DNA of 64,000 nt from Felis catus (lineage: Eukaryota): assembly GCF_018350175.1 (NCBI RefSeq), contig NC_058368.1, positions 197,906,001-197,970,000 of the forward strand, read 5' to 3'. The notes under the pieces were generated by a model. It was not told where the DNA came from. It saw only the letters and a program-made list of their open reading frames with translations, and ran no database searches. Made by a program: the position numbers and the translations under genes. How positions within the stretch are numbered: the first letter of the stretch is position 1; every line of letters begins with the position of its first letter. Positions 25,941 to 37,780 of the stretch are shown here, piece by piece.

Positions 25941-27484
25941 AATAAATTCTTAGCAATAAAGAAGTTATTTTTCACTTCCCCGAAACCTTGGGATCCTAGG
26001 GAAGAGGGTAAACAGTAAGTTTGAAGGAAGGATGGAAGTGGAGAGCTACTAATAAATTTGGAAGAAGGGGTAGTCTGTACAATTTCTTTTTCTTCTAAGG
26101 GATCTCAGCATGTGCCATGAGCTTATCGTGACCACTACATAGGAAGTCTATTTGATGCGGTTTTGAGGTTGTCTGGAAGGTACTGTTGCACTAGTTGAGG
26201 ATGACGATGGTACAGGTTATATTTCTGAGGGAAAGAAAAAGTTGGTAAATATGGAAGGAGAACTAAGGGGCTAGATAGGAAAGCCTGCTGATGGTGAGGT
26301 GACTAGTTATTTTGATTTGTCTGAGACCGTTCTCTTTTGGCACTCAAAGTCTCACGCCCCAGGAAAACCCTCAGTCTCAGGCAAACCAGGTTGGTAAGTC
26401 ATCTAGTTGGAAACAACACAACAAGGACACTGGTGATATATGACAAGCATTATGCTAAGCTCCTTTTAGGCCTTAGCTTTTTCAGTTCTCACCGTCAACT
26501 TCTCGGGTAATTGCTTAGGCTAAGTTACCTGTCCTAGGTTGTATTGCCCTCTGACTTCATGGAGCTTATGTTTGTTGTTAGGCCAAAACCAAAGGAACAG
26601 AAACGTAAAAATAAAATACCTGGTAAGAATTATGAAGGAAACAGAAGCATACTAACATGAAAAATACCAGAAGTAAATCTACTTTAGACAGGATGGCCAG
26701 GGGAGGTATCTGTAATGGAGAAATATTTAGACTGAAGCCGAAACAATGAGACACAACCAGTCCTGTGAAAAGCATGCACTCTTCTTGCAGGAGAGGATGG
26801 TTTGCCCAAAGGTCCTGAAGCAGCAGAGAGCTTCGTATGTTTGAAAGTATCAGGAAAGAAGTGTCAGTGTTGTCACAGCGTATTTAGCAATAAAGCAGGA
26901 AATATTATTTCAGATTTATAGCTGAGAACTTGAGTTATGGAGGGGTTACAAGACTTCCCAGGATCACTTAGCCCTGCAGGGGCAGGACTCAACCCAAGGT
27001 CTTCTGACTGAGTACTGAGACTTATTGCCACAGTCTTATCTTGAAAAGGGTGGTTTTTCTCACAGCTTTGATTTTCAAACATTTTAGGAACAGAAACTTT
27101 TTTCACATATAATGTCACTTTGAGACCTAATGTTCAGAACAGGGAGAGGGGGACTTCTCTGCTGGAGTTGGAGGTAGGACTCAGAATCTCAGTTGCTCAG
27201 TACCTGTTACCACCATCCCCCTGAGGTTCAGCCGGCTGGAGTGAAACTCCAAGGACACTTTTAGTTTCCAGAATCACATCTTGAGGGTTTCACACACACA
27301 TTCCAAAATGTGTAGAAGGGGTTGCTTTTTTTTTTTTCTTTTAATTTTAATTCCAGTGTAGTTAACATACAGAGTTAGTTTCAGGTGTAAAGTATAATGA
27401 TTCAAAAGTTCCATATATTACCAGTCAGCTATACGTTAAGTTCTCAAAACAAGTTTCTGTTTTGGGTTTGGTGTTTTCACTTAC

Positions 27485-27615
27485 ATGTTAGCGAAGCAGT
27501 ACACGCAGGAATTAGAATACGTAACATTATTAGAAGCGCATAATGGGCTGGCTCTTATGGAGCATATAGATTTTTGTTGTATGGTCTTCTTTTGATAGTA
27601 ACCGCATGGAATGTC
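27485..27615 (-). CDS. Unnamed SPINK-like gene exon 3 (131 nt): DIPCGYYQKKTIQQKSICSIRASPLCASNNVTYSNSCVYCFAN(I)
   Basis: gttttgttttAG acceptor, GTAAGT donor, phase 0 to 2, exact Kazal signature C-x7-C-x6-Y-x3-C-x2-C, no stop codons. Confidence 0.93.
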
Positions 27616-29002
27616 CTAAAACAAAACTCACAGGTCAAACTCTATCCTGTAATGATCTCTTAATGGCTTCTAATATAAGTGCTTGGGAATTTTATTTTGT
27701 GCAGACAGGAGATAATGATAAAATATGTCTTCTTTCACACTTTAAACATCAAAACTTCCTTATTTTAAATTCAGCAGCTGGAGCCTTTGGGGTTTCCACT
27801 TAAAAGGCAGCTGAGGCCATATAGCCCTGACCTTTGGCTGTGTAATATGTATCTGGGAGAAGGGAAAGAACATTCTGGGAAGTGACAAAAAATGACTACA
27901 ACCACTGTTGAAGTGCTTCTGGAATCATGTTAGTTCATCAAAACCCCCTTTAACTGTGGTTCTTAGATTGGAATACCCTGCATGGTCCTACTCTGCTATT
28001 CACTATAGACCAGTCCTCTGGGGATTAGGAGGCTGGAATAGTGAGACAAGATTTCTTCAATATCTCCCCATTTTATTTTTCTACCTTCATAGTCCCAGAG
28101 TTGGAATAAGCTGGATCCAGAGGAAGTTGAGTGACAGAGTAAATTGTCTACAGGGGGGCCTGGAAAGTTCATAAGCACCATGTAATGAGCAGATAAAGCA
28201 TTATTTCCTACTCCATTGACTCAGATCACGTAATATTTAGATATCCGTAGATCAGGGTGCTACCATATCTACAAAACTTCAGTGGCTATCATTGCCTACA
28301 GCAATGTTTGCCAACTTCAGTCCCTTGGGTCATGATTCCTTCCAAATTCCTGTGCCATTTTTTCTTTAAAAGTATTTTTTACTGAATGGGTTTCCTTTTT
28401 AAACTTGACTACTCACCCTAGAAATGTCCTAAACGTTAATATCCACGATATCTTGGATTTGAAGTTGTAATTACATTTTTTTCTAACACACATCAAAGAA
28501 CAGTTATAATGATTACAACCAAAATCTTCACTGTTAAATTAGCTAAAATCATCACTAATATTACTAGAGGGTACTCAAGTCACTTTTTGAGAAATACTGT
28601 TTATGTCTGTCATCTCCTTTTTTAATGAGCAAGGCTACATGATTTGTTTGGGGGAGGCTTTACCAAAAAAAGTTTTTCTTTGGTGTACTCTTAAGAGATG
28701 AAAATGATTTCTAAAATTGAATACGAGTATGAAAAGAAGGATAATTTAATTAGAATTATATACACAAAGACAAAATTGGAATAGCTTGGAGCCCAAAATA
28801 ATTTAAGTCACCTAGAACCTAAGGTGAGAAAAGGGAATTCTCCTTTCAGGGAGAAATGCTGCATTAAAGAAGGTATTCTAAGTCATGCAAAAAGGTTTAT
28901 CTCCCACCAGTACTAGAAGTCACCGTTCTAAGGAGAGAGATGTCTCAATCACATTTGTATTTTAGAAGGCCTATATTTAACAGTGTGGAAAAGATTAGTA
29001 TA

Positions 29003-29200
29003 GGGATTGACAAACTTTTCCTATGAAGAGCTAGGTAGCAAGTATTTTATAATTTTTAAGCCATATGGTCTCTGTTGCAACTACTCAACTCACATAGCCT
29101 AAAAGCAGCCAGAGCCAATGCATAAACTAATGAGCATGGCTGCATTCCAGTAAAACTCTTTTTCTAAAAACAAAGTGGCCATCTTTTGCCAACTCCTGGA
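29003..29200. mobile_element. MER58-like hAT DNA transposon relic
   Basis: gacaaacttttc...ggtctctgttgcaactactcaactc...tttgccaactcctg recognised from memory. Confidence 0.7.
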
Positions 29201-29399
29201 TCAGACTCAGTACAGAAAGACAATAATATAGGCAAGAAGTGAGGAGAACTTAAATGCAAGCAACAGCAATGAATGTAGAAGGAGGGAAAACCCCCAGAAA
29301 TTAGGAGCTTTAATTGCTGGTGGTATATAAGGAAATAGAGGTGCAGTAAAGACAGGGATGAGTCCTGGTTTACCCTAGGATCTCTTTTGACAGAGTTGG

Positions 29400-29489
29400 G
29401 TAGATTGAACTATATGCATTGCCATCACATATATCAGAAATGATCAAATATTAGCAATTTCATGTGGTTTAATATGGTTCAACCTAATA
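29400..29489. mobile_element. MADE2-like mariner MITE (imperfect palindrome)
   Basis: tagattgaactatatgcattgcc ... gcaatttcatg...atatggttcaaccta inverted ends. Confidence 0.65.
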
Positions 29490-29548
29490 GAAATAGTAGA
29501 AGCCTAAGACTGTAAAAATCATTCTCACGTAGGAAGTAGAAAACTTAC

Positions 29549-29574
29549 CTTGTGTGGCCGGTTACCAAAAATAT
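29549..29574 (-). CDS. Unnamed SPINK-like gene exon 2 (26 nt): (Y)IFGNRPHK
   Basis: tttttgtttcAG|ATATTTTTGGTAACCGGCCACACAAG|GTAAGT. Same length and phase as SPINK7 exon 2. Confidence 0.85.
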
Positions 29575-30726
29575 CTGAAACAAAAATGTTTAGGAAAAAG
29601 GATCAAGTAAGAATATAGTATTTAGATGTGAACAGTTAATTAACCCGTTAAGGAATCCCATCTAAATTAATAACCATGAAAATCATAGAAAAATATGTGG
29701 CTCCTTCAAGTAAGATTTGCCTAGCCGTGCCTGGTTCCCAAAGCACTCCGCAAGCACACTTACTGTCCCACCTGAGAATTCAACCATAACCCATTCCTAG
29801 GTTTAATGTTGGCTTTAGTCAGGAGAGATTCATCCTCTGGGACTCAGTATATCATCCACAGTTGGGCTGCTCAGACATTGTGTAGACCCATTTTAGAAAA
29901 AGTCTAGTTCTTGATAGACTGGCTACCTGCTGACAGTAATCTTAGATACCTGCATTCTTTTTTGACTATTGCCTGTCTTAAATATCTTCTTTTTAAACTC
30001 AATGTGCTTATAAGGAAGGCTCTTGCTCTGTTTGGGATCCCTGTGTCAACAACTGCTTACCCAAATGGTTCCTATAACCTTCATACTTTATATTCTACTT
30101 AACAGCCTTGACTTCTTTCAGCTGCTACAGCTGAGTGTCCTCCTTGCCTACCCTTCTACTTCACCAGATCAAATCTCCGCTGGCAGATTTAATTTCGCCT
30201 CATGGGTTTCCTTACCAATTTTGCTGGAGTTAATTTGAAGAGCTAAGCCCTCTCTTGAGATTTGATAACATCAGGCTGTGCTCTAATAGTAAGCCATGTT
30301 AGAAACTGATACTACTTTGTGTAGAAGGTATTTGAATATGCACACACACGCACACACACGCATACACACACACACACACACTCAATGCCAGTGTGTGGGA
30401 GTATAGTGGGAAAGTATGAAGAGAAGAGAAATGAAATTGCCTATCAACTCAACAGACCAAATTATTTGTCCAATAGTGATTACACCTCTCATAAATCATT
30501 CTTTAAGCTATCTCAAGTCTGAGCCTGTCTATGGCAGAGTTTTTGGAATATTGAAAAATGGATTCACCACTGATACTCATTCTAGCTGAGGTAATAAATT
30601 CATTTCTGAGAGAAATTTCAAGTTTCAAAAATCCATACATCTAGAAAACAGTTATTATTGGCTTGTTACTTTCCTTGGAAGATCAGATGTTTACTCCCTC
30701 CCCAAAGTTCTTTGACAAATCCTTAC

Positions 30727-30772
30727 ATGAGAAATAACCGGTAGCCAAAATAGCCACAAAGAAAGTTTTCAT
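30727..30772 (-). CDS. Unnamed Kazal-type inhibitor (SPINK-like), first coding exon: MKTFFVAILATGYFS(Y)
   Basis: AAGATGA start context (A at -3), 46 nt, phase-1 donor T|GTAAGG, signal-peptide-like. Confidence 0.82.
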
Positions 30773-31389
30773 CTTCTCCCAAAAGGAACAATGTGATTCA
30801 TCTAGTGGCGTTCCCTCTGTCAAGAACTTCCTAGCAAATCCTCAAAGGCTCAATTCTCTTGATGAACTGAGAGTTCTACCCCCTTCTGAGAACCTGAGAA
30901 CCCATTATGAAGTCACTTTGCAAATGATCTATTTACATGTGACACCAAGGCAGAGTAACCAGGTCACCAAAGACCAAGAACACTTTGCAGGCCAAAATAT
31001 TTCATTTCTAAGAGGCTGTACAGCTATGGCATGATAGCATGATTTACCACTGATTTGTTTGATTGATAAATTATTATTCAGTTCCATAGAAGCGTGTTCT
31101 ACTTACTAACTAGCAAGAAGAAACAAATGTGAAAAAGATGAACTTAAAGTGAGTAATTCTGGGAAAAAAAAATTTTGTTTTTTGAAATGTACATGTCTGT
31201 CTCCCCTTCCTCCCAAAAATTCTGATTCAGTGGATCCAGAGTGTGACTCAGACATATCACACACACACACACACACTTAAATTGCATGACAGAGTCTGAT
31301 TCACCTCTTCAGTTGAGAACGGATGGATTAGAATAGAACAATAATGGCAATTTTTCTGTCTTAGTAGAACAATCTCTTTATCCTTTTTT

Positions 31390-31655
31390 GAAAATTTATT
31401 TATTTAAATTCAAGTTAGTTAACCTACTGTGTAGTATTGGTTTCGGGAGTAGAACCCAGTGATTCATTACTTACAGATAACACCCAGTGCTCCTCCTAAT
31501 AAGTGTCCTTCATCCCATCACCCATTTAGCCAATCCCCCCCCTCCCACCTCCCCTCTAGCAACCCTCAATTTGTTCTCTGTATTTAAGAGTCTCTTATGG
31601 TTTGCCTCCCTCTGTTTTTATTTTTCCTTCCCTTTCCCTGTGTTCATCTGTTGTG
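31390..31655 (-). mobile_element. Carnivore L1 3'-end fragment
   Basis: aattcaagttagttaac...gaacccagtgattca...tttgttctctgtatttaagagtctcttatgg. Confidence 0.85.
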
Positions 31656-32049
31656 GTTATCCTTTTTTATTGCCACATCCCTGGTCATGGCACCTACTAT
31701 CATATTTAACACAAAGCATGTTAAAGAAATAATCGGGATTATACATGGAAACTCAAGTCTATCATGTGATTTCAATTATAATACTTGGATTGCATAGCAA
31801 GGTAGGGACCCAGAGATCATGAAAAATCAAGAATTCCGTATTGAACATTGTGTTATGACCAGGTGAAATGAGGCTTAGTTCATACTGTTACTAAAATAAA
31901 GACACGAGGCTTACCTCTTAAGGAAGGATGTGTTATTCTAAAAGTATGATAAGTTCTCCGATTTCCCAGGAACACCAAGTTCTCTTAAGCACTTGTGGTT
32001 TGAATAATAAAGATGGACTATTTTAGAACAGATAATTCTTTCTGCATTG

Positions 32050-32170
32050 TGACAAAGATTCTTTGCTTGACTAAACTTTATTAAGACTCCTTAACTTTCT
32101 CCCAAGGCCATGTGTGCCATTCCTTGTCAAACTTAGTTTTTGCAAGAATCCTGCTCAGTCAGTTTAACCA
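32050..32170 (+). mobile_element. MER31-like LTR fragment
   Basis: tgacaaagattctttgcttgactaaacttta, homologous to the start of the element at 52776. Confidence 0.6.
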
Positions 32171-32284
32171 CAATTGTATTATACAAATACAATTATTTAT
32201 AAACTAATTAACTAGAAAACAAAATTGTAAAATATTTGCCAGGACTTCTTAGAACGATTTTATTTTAAAATTGTAAGATATTGA

Positions 32285-32493
32285 GGGACACCTGGGTGAT
32301 TCAGTCAGTTGAGCATTCAACTCTTGATTTTGGCTCAGGTCATGAACCCAGGGTCTTGGGATCAAGCCCCATGTCAGGCTCCTCATGGAGCATGGAGCCT
32401 GCTTGGGATTCTGTCTCTTCCTCTACCTCTCTCCCCCACTTGCTCTCTCTGTCTCTCTCTCCAGAATAAAAAAATAATAATAATAAACAAAAT
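32285..32493 (+). mobile_element. Can-SINE (older)
   Basis: TSD aaaattgtaagatatt. Confidence 0.92.
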
Positions 32494-32509
32494 AAAATTG
32501 TAAGATATT

Positions 32510-32735
32510 TATTTATTTTTTTATTTTTTTAACATTTTTATTTATTTTTGAGACAGAGAGAGACAGAGCATGAATAGGGGAGGGGCAGAGAGAGAAGGAG
32601 ACACAGAATCGGAAGCAGGCTCCAGGCTCTGAGCCATCAGCCCAGAGCCCGACGCGGGGCTCAAACTCACGGACCGTGAGATCGTGACCTGAGCTGAAGT
32701 CGGACACTCAACCGACTGAGCCACCCAGGTGCCCC
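32510..32735 (-). mobile_element. Can-SINE (younger), tail-to-tail with the preceding copy
   Basis: TSD taaaattgtaagatattt. Confidence 0.95.
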
Positions 32736-34164
32736 TAAAATTGTAAGATATTTAAAGTGTACATTGTGATGATTGATGTACCTGTACATTGTGAAAGGAT
32801 TTTCCCCATCTAGTTAATTAACACATCCATCATATATTTATCTTTGGGGTGTGTGTGTGAGAGAGAGAGAACATTTCAATTCTACTCTCTTAGCAAATTT
32901 CAATTATACAATACACTGTTTTCAACTATAGTCATCATGTTTTACATTAGAACCTCAGAACTTACCTTAGAGTCTCAACATCTTTTAGCTGAAATTTTGT
33001 TAGTATTATCGGCAGAATTTAAATCTGGGAAAACTGACTTCAGAGCTCACCAACCTAACCACTGTATTATTTAGCATTTTGGCTCACATAAAGGGTTCAT
33101 TGAGGACAAGAATGATCTTACTTATCATTGCATCCTGGGCCCCTAACCCAGTGCCCAGCACCTGATGCCTCAACAAGTGCTGGCTGAGAGATTGTGAGCA
33201 AACAATTTTCTGAACATTCAAGGTGTCAGTGGGAAAGGCTGCCTTTTAATGGTCTGACTTGCTCATCTTCAGGGCCATCCAGTCAGAAGCAAGAGTTGAA
33301 TGACAATCTCTCAGGGATATGGAATAACATTCCTCTCTGAACAGAAAGTTGAACGATAAGACTTGTCTTTTTCAGGAGCTGAGATTCTGTGACTCTATGA
33401 TTTCCCAATAGTCCTAAAAATGTGTTGTCCCAATGTCTTTCAGGAGAAAAATATATCCACCCATCTGTTAGGTGACCATCTCGGAATCCTCTAGGCAGAA
33501 GATAGTCATGGGGCTGCGGTTGCCTGGGGCAAGGGAGAGAACGTGGGAGAAAGGGATATCCGGTGTAAAGGCAAGGTGTAAAGGCAAGGACAAAGGAAAA
33601 GAAGAGGCAAGTGCTGTGCTCGTGGGGCTGAAGTGACCAAGGACAGTGGGATGGAACGAAGACAGATGGTCTAGTAGGGCTAGCCAGGCCTCCTATACTT
33701 GCATTGTATTCAATCAAGAGAATTCATCTTGATTACTAAATTGTCTCAGCGATTCGAGATGGTAAAAGCATGCTAGAAATATTTGCTGAGCTGTGAGAAG
33801 GCTTCATTTAGGAAAAGAAAGTTTAGGCTGCTTAGGCTGCTAGTATGGATTTTAAAATATTTAAGCCCAGAAGAGCTTATTTAAACTCACGGCGTGACAA
33901 ATGTTATGTTCTTGATATAATAATTGATGACAAGGACTTTCAGTGTTTTATAGGGGCAAAAGGAGTCAGGATTACCAAAATACTGCCCGTGTTCCTATAG
34001 CTCCCGGTGGTTTTCCAAGCATATTCTAATAATAAAGATGATGATGATGATGATGGTAACAATAATAATAATAACAGCAGCCACAATAACATAATTTAAC
34101 ATTGTTAACATCGTTACATGTTCTGGGTACTTCCCTTCCCTTCCATGTGCCCTCTGTGAATCCT

Positions 34165-34555
34165 TAAAGTTTTTATTTAAATTCCAGTTAGCTAACATAT
34201 AGCGTAGTATTAGTTGCAATATAGCATAGTATCAGGTGTGCAATATAGTTATTCAACCCACTTCCATACAACACCCTGTGCTCATCACAAGTGCCCTCTT
34301 TAACCCCCGTCACCTATTTAACCCACCCCCCACCTACCTTCCCTCCGCTACCATAAATTTGTTGTCTACAGTTAACAGTCTGTTTCTTGGTTTGCCTCTC
34401 TCTCTTCTTCTTCCCTTTATTTGTTTGTTTTGTTAAATTCCACATGAGTGAAATCGTATGGTATTTGTCTTTCTCTGATTTATTTCACTTAGCATAATAC
34501 TCTCTAGCTCCAACTATGTCATTGCAAATGGCATATTTCATTCTTTTTAATGGCC

Positions 34556-34615
<60 letters not shown>

Positions 34616-34915
34616 TATATACACACCCACATCTTTTTTATCCACTCATCAGTCAATGGACACTTGGGCTGTTTCCATAATTTAGCTATTATAGATAATG
34701 CTTCTATAAACATCAGGATGTATCTCTTTGAATTAGTATTTTTGTAATCTTTGGGCTAAATACCTAGGAGTGCAATTGCTGGATCGTAGGTTAGTTCACT
34801 CCTACCCACAGTGCAAGAGGTTTCCCCTTTCTCCACATCCTCGCCAGCATCTGCTGTTTCTTGTGTTGTTGATTTTAGCCGTTCTGATAGGTATGAGGTA
34901 ATAGCTGATTGTAAT
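34165..34915 (-). mobile_element. Carnivore L1 3' fragment containing a (TA)n microsatellite at 34560-34608
   Basis: ORF fragment MFIEALSIIAKLWKQPKCP is L1 ORF2 C-terminus. Confidence 0.9.
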
Positions 34916-37650
34916 CACTTTGAGAAGTAAGTATTACTGGTTCCATCTTTCAATATATGCAAGAAGGGCTCCTTTGCCCTGGACCTCCAAGTTTTAGGGG
35001 GCTTCCCTCTGGATCTTCTCCAGCTATGCCTCTCCTCACAAGGCTAAGAGCTTGTAGGTCAAAGACATCTGCCCTGCAAACACTTGTAATCCCCTTCCAG
35101 ACTATACCTTGGATCCCTGAACTCCTAAACTTTCTTTACAAACAGACTTGATCCTGCTTATAGGGCCTATGTAAATTTCTTCTTTAGGTCCATCCTCCCT
35201 AGTATGCACAGCCTTCACCCCAAGATGTGACCTAGGGGTAACTGCCAGAGTTCAGGTAAAGATTGAACATACAGGCTTTGGTGTGCAGGGCCATGTGCAG
35301 AAGCCTCTTCAAAACTGAGGTGGGAGAAGAGGAGACCTATTATAGGCCAAGAGAGGGACCAGTGCCCTTCTCTCATGCTGCTACATTCCAGCGAGGAGCT
35401 GAGAATTTTAAATTTCAACGTACACTTTCACATTGCAGTGAAATTATATTTGCCAAGGTAGGAGGATAGAATTTTATTTAAATGTATGTTAGCTGTAAAT
35501 TTTAAATATCTGAGCTAAGTAAATTGTAGACATATGGACTTCCATCTTAATTCTTGCCCTGAGCCCCCAAGTATTATACATGGGCCTGGCTATTACTACC
35601 ATTTAAAAAATATGGTAGTCATTCTGAGATAACAAGTGCCTGGTTTATGATCAGAAGCTGAAGTGGATTTGAGGCCAGCACTCTTTGACGTGAGTGCCAG
35701 TGCCCATCTCACCACACTGTGTTTCCTATCACATATGTCCTAACAGGACCCTCCCTTCAACTCAGTGAAGTGTGGTTACTTCTATTCCCATTTGTGCAAA
35801 TTGGTGAGGACTTCTGACTCATAAAGCTGGAGTGAGTGGCCCAAAGTTCATAGTACAGTCAGTTCTTAATCCGTCTTTTGGCTCTCAGTCCCAGGGTAAT
35901 GTATTTTGATGCCTATGTCATGTACTCCACTGTCTCTCACTATTTGCTCAGAAAATCCTGTTTATTTCACAAGACAGGTTCACCTATTCCTCTCACACTC
36001 TTCTGTCTTCTCTTTTGTGTCATGTCAGCCTACATACATCCTAGGAAGGCAAAATAGCCATAGTTGAGATTTTTGGAACTCCTGACTAATTGCCAGAAAT
36101 CCTCTGAGATCCCTTAATGTGGTTTACCTTTTAACTCTTGCAATCTTTTCAGGAACATGCTATTAACATTTCCTTTAAAAAAAGGAAACCCAAACAGAGA
36201 AACGTTAAGTACGTTTTCCAAACTCATAGCTAGTAATTGATGAGCATATTACTAGAACCCTAGTCTGTGACTTCAAAGTACGCATTCTTCACTTCTATGC
36301 TAATTTATTCTTCTCTTTTTCTTACAAGGCACATCCTCAAAGAGAATTTAGAGTGTCATTTGCATTGCCTGCCCATTAGCTGAAAGTTTTTATTACCATG
36401 TATGAGAATTCTCTAAAGACTATTAATAATTTTCACACTGAATCAAAATGAAAAGGTTAGATCATATTCTTCATTCCCTGATGAATAAGTGAAGACATAT
36501 GACATTTTATAATACTACTAGCTAAACGCCCTGGAATTCTTACTATGTATAAAGGCCTGTGTGTAGCCCTTTGCAAAAACTATGGCCCTTAAGAACATAG
36601 TCATTCAATGAGGTAGATATAATAATTGTCCTCATCGTATAAATGAGTAAACAGGTCCAAAAAATTGAAGTGATATGTCTTAGTCACATAGCAACAAAGG
36701 TGGGAACTAACAGAATTCTCTCCGACTCTGAAGCCAGTGCACTTGGACACGATGCTCCATTTACTCCATTTAATACTGGTTTGAATCTAAAATTCTTTAA
36801 ATCTTAGACACTTAATTGGGTAAATACTCAGGTACATAAAAAAAAAACAAACAAAAACGGTGTGGCATATCAGATTTATCCCTGGTGATTCTAGATAGGT
36901 GATTCTAAATCATACCTTTAACACATTAAAAGATGTATAGTAGAGCTTTTAATTTTGTCATAAAAATTCATCCCAATTTTGAAATTACATAAAAGTAGTA
37001 ATTCTACATCCCATGTTGTGAAATGACCATTTTCTTTGATCAAAACCAGTTTTGGCCAGGGAGAAATCTGATTTTTGCTTTGGTTCTTCATCTGTGCCAG
37101 CTGCCATGGGGTTCCCATCAGTGCTTTGAATTGAACTAATGATCACTTTAGACTCACTCAACAAGAAAGGTGATGCTCTACCTGCTCTTCTGGAGTAAGA
37201 ATAGAGTACAATAAAAAGGACCTGAGACTAGGAAGGGGATCATAATAATGAGAATTTATTTATTAAATGACGCCAGGCCATATTCAGCGCTCCATATATA
37301 TGGAATGGGCAAATAAATGATATCTTTTTACGTTCTTTAAATCTTATGTCAGTCATAAGTGACAAGCTGAGTCAGTGCTGATTTCTACCCAGCAAAGTAA
37401 GAATATTCTATTGACTCAAATAGGTCGAGAATTGACCCTATTTTGACAAGAGAGGTTTTGCATCAAAGCAGAAGCTACATGGTGATCACTTGTCAGAGAT
37501 CTCACAGGAAGCTTTCTTATAGTTGTGTTAGGTGAGCTTTATGGCCACTCCAATTCTGAGATTATGTGAGTCAATGATTTCTCGATGAAGAGTAAAAAAT
37601 GCATTAAAACAAAAACAGACTTGTTTATCTTTAAGATGAAAAATTCTCAG

Positions 37651-37780
37651 AATTTCCTGGGGCACAGTTTCCAGGACCATAAAGGGCTATTGTTCTCATG
37701 CTGCTGAAAGCAGTAAGGTGGGAGTTGAGAAGTGACCTGCTATTACCAGCTTAGCCCATTTGAGACTTGCATCATATCGT
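37651..37780 (-). pseudogene. Decayed paralogue of SPINK9 exon 1 and proximal promoter
   Basis: 37682-37708 matches SPINK9 50512-50538 at 23/27 nt across the ATG. Collinear upstream blocks agtgac/agtaac and gcccatttg/gcccacttg are 23 nt apart in both copies. Signal peptide disrupted after MRTIA, donor CTGAG instead of GTGAG, TATA degraded. Confidence 0.65.
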
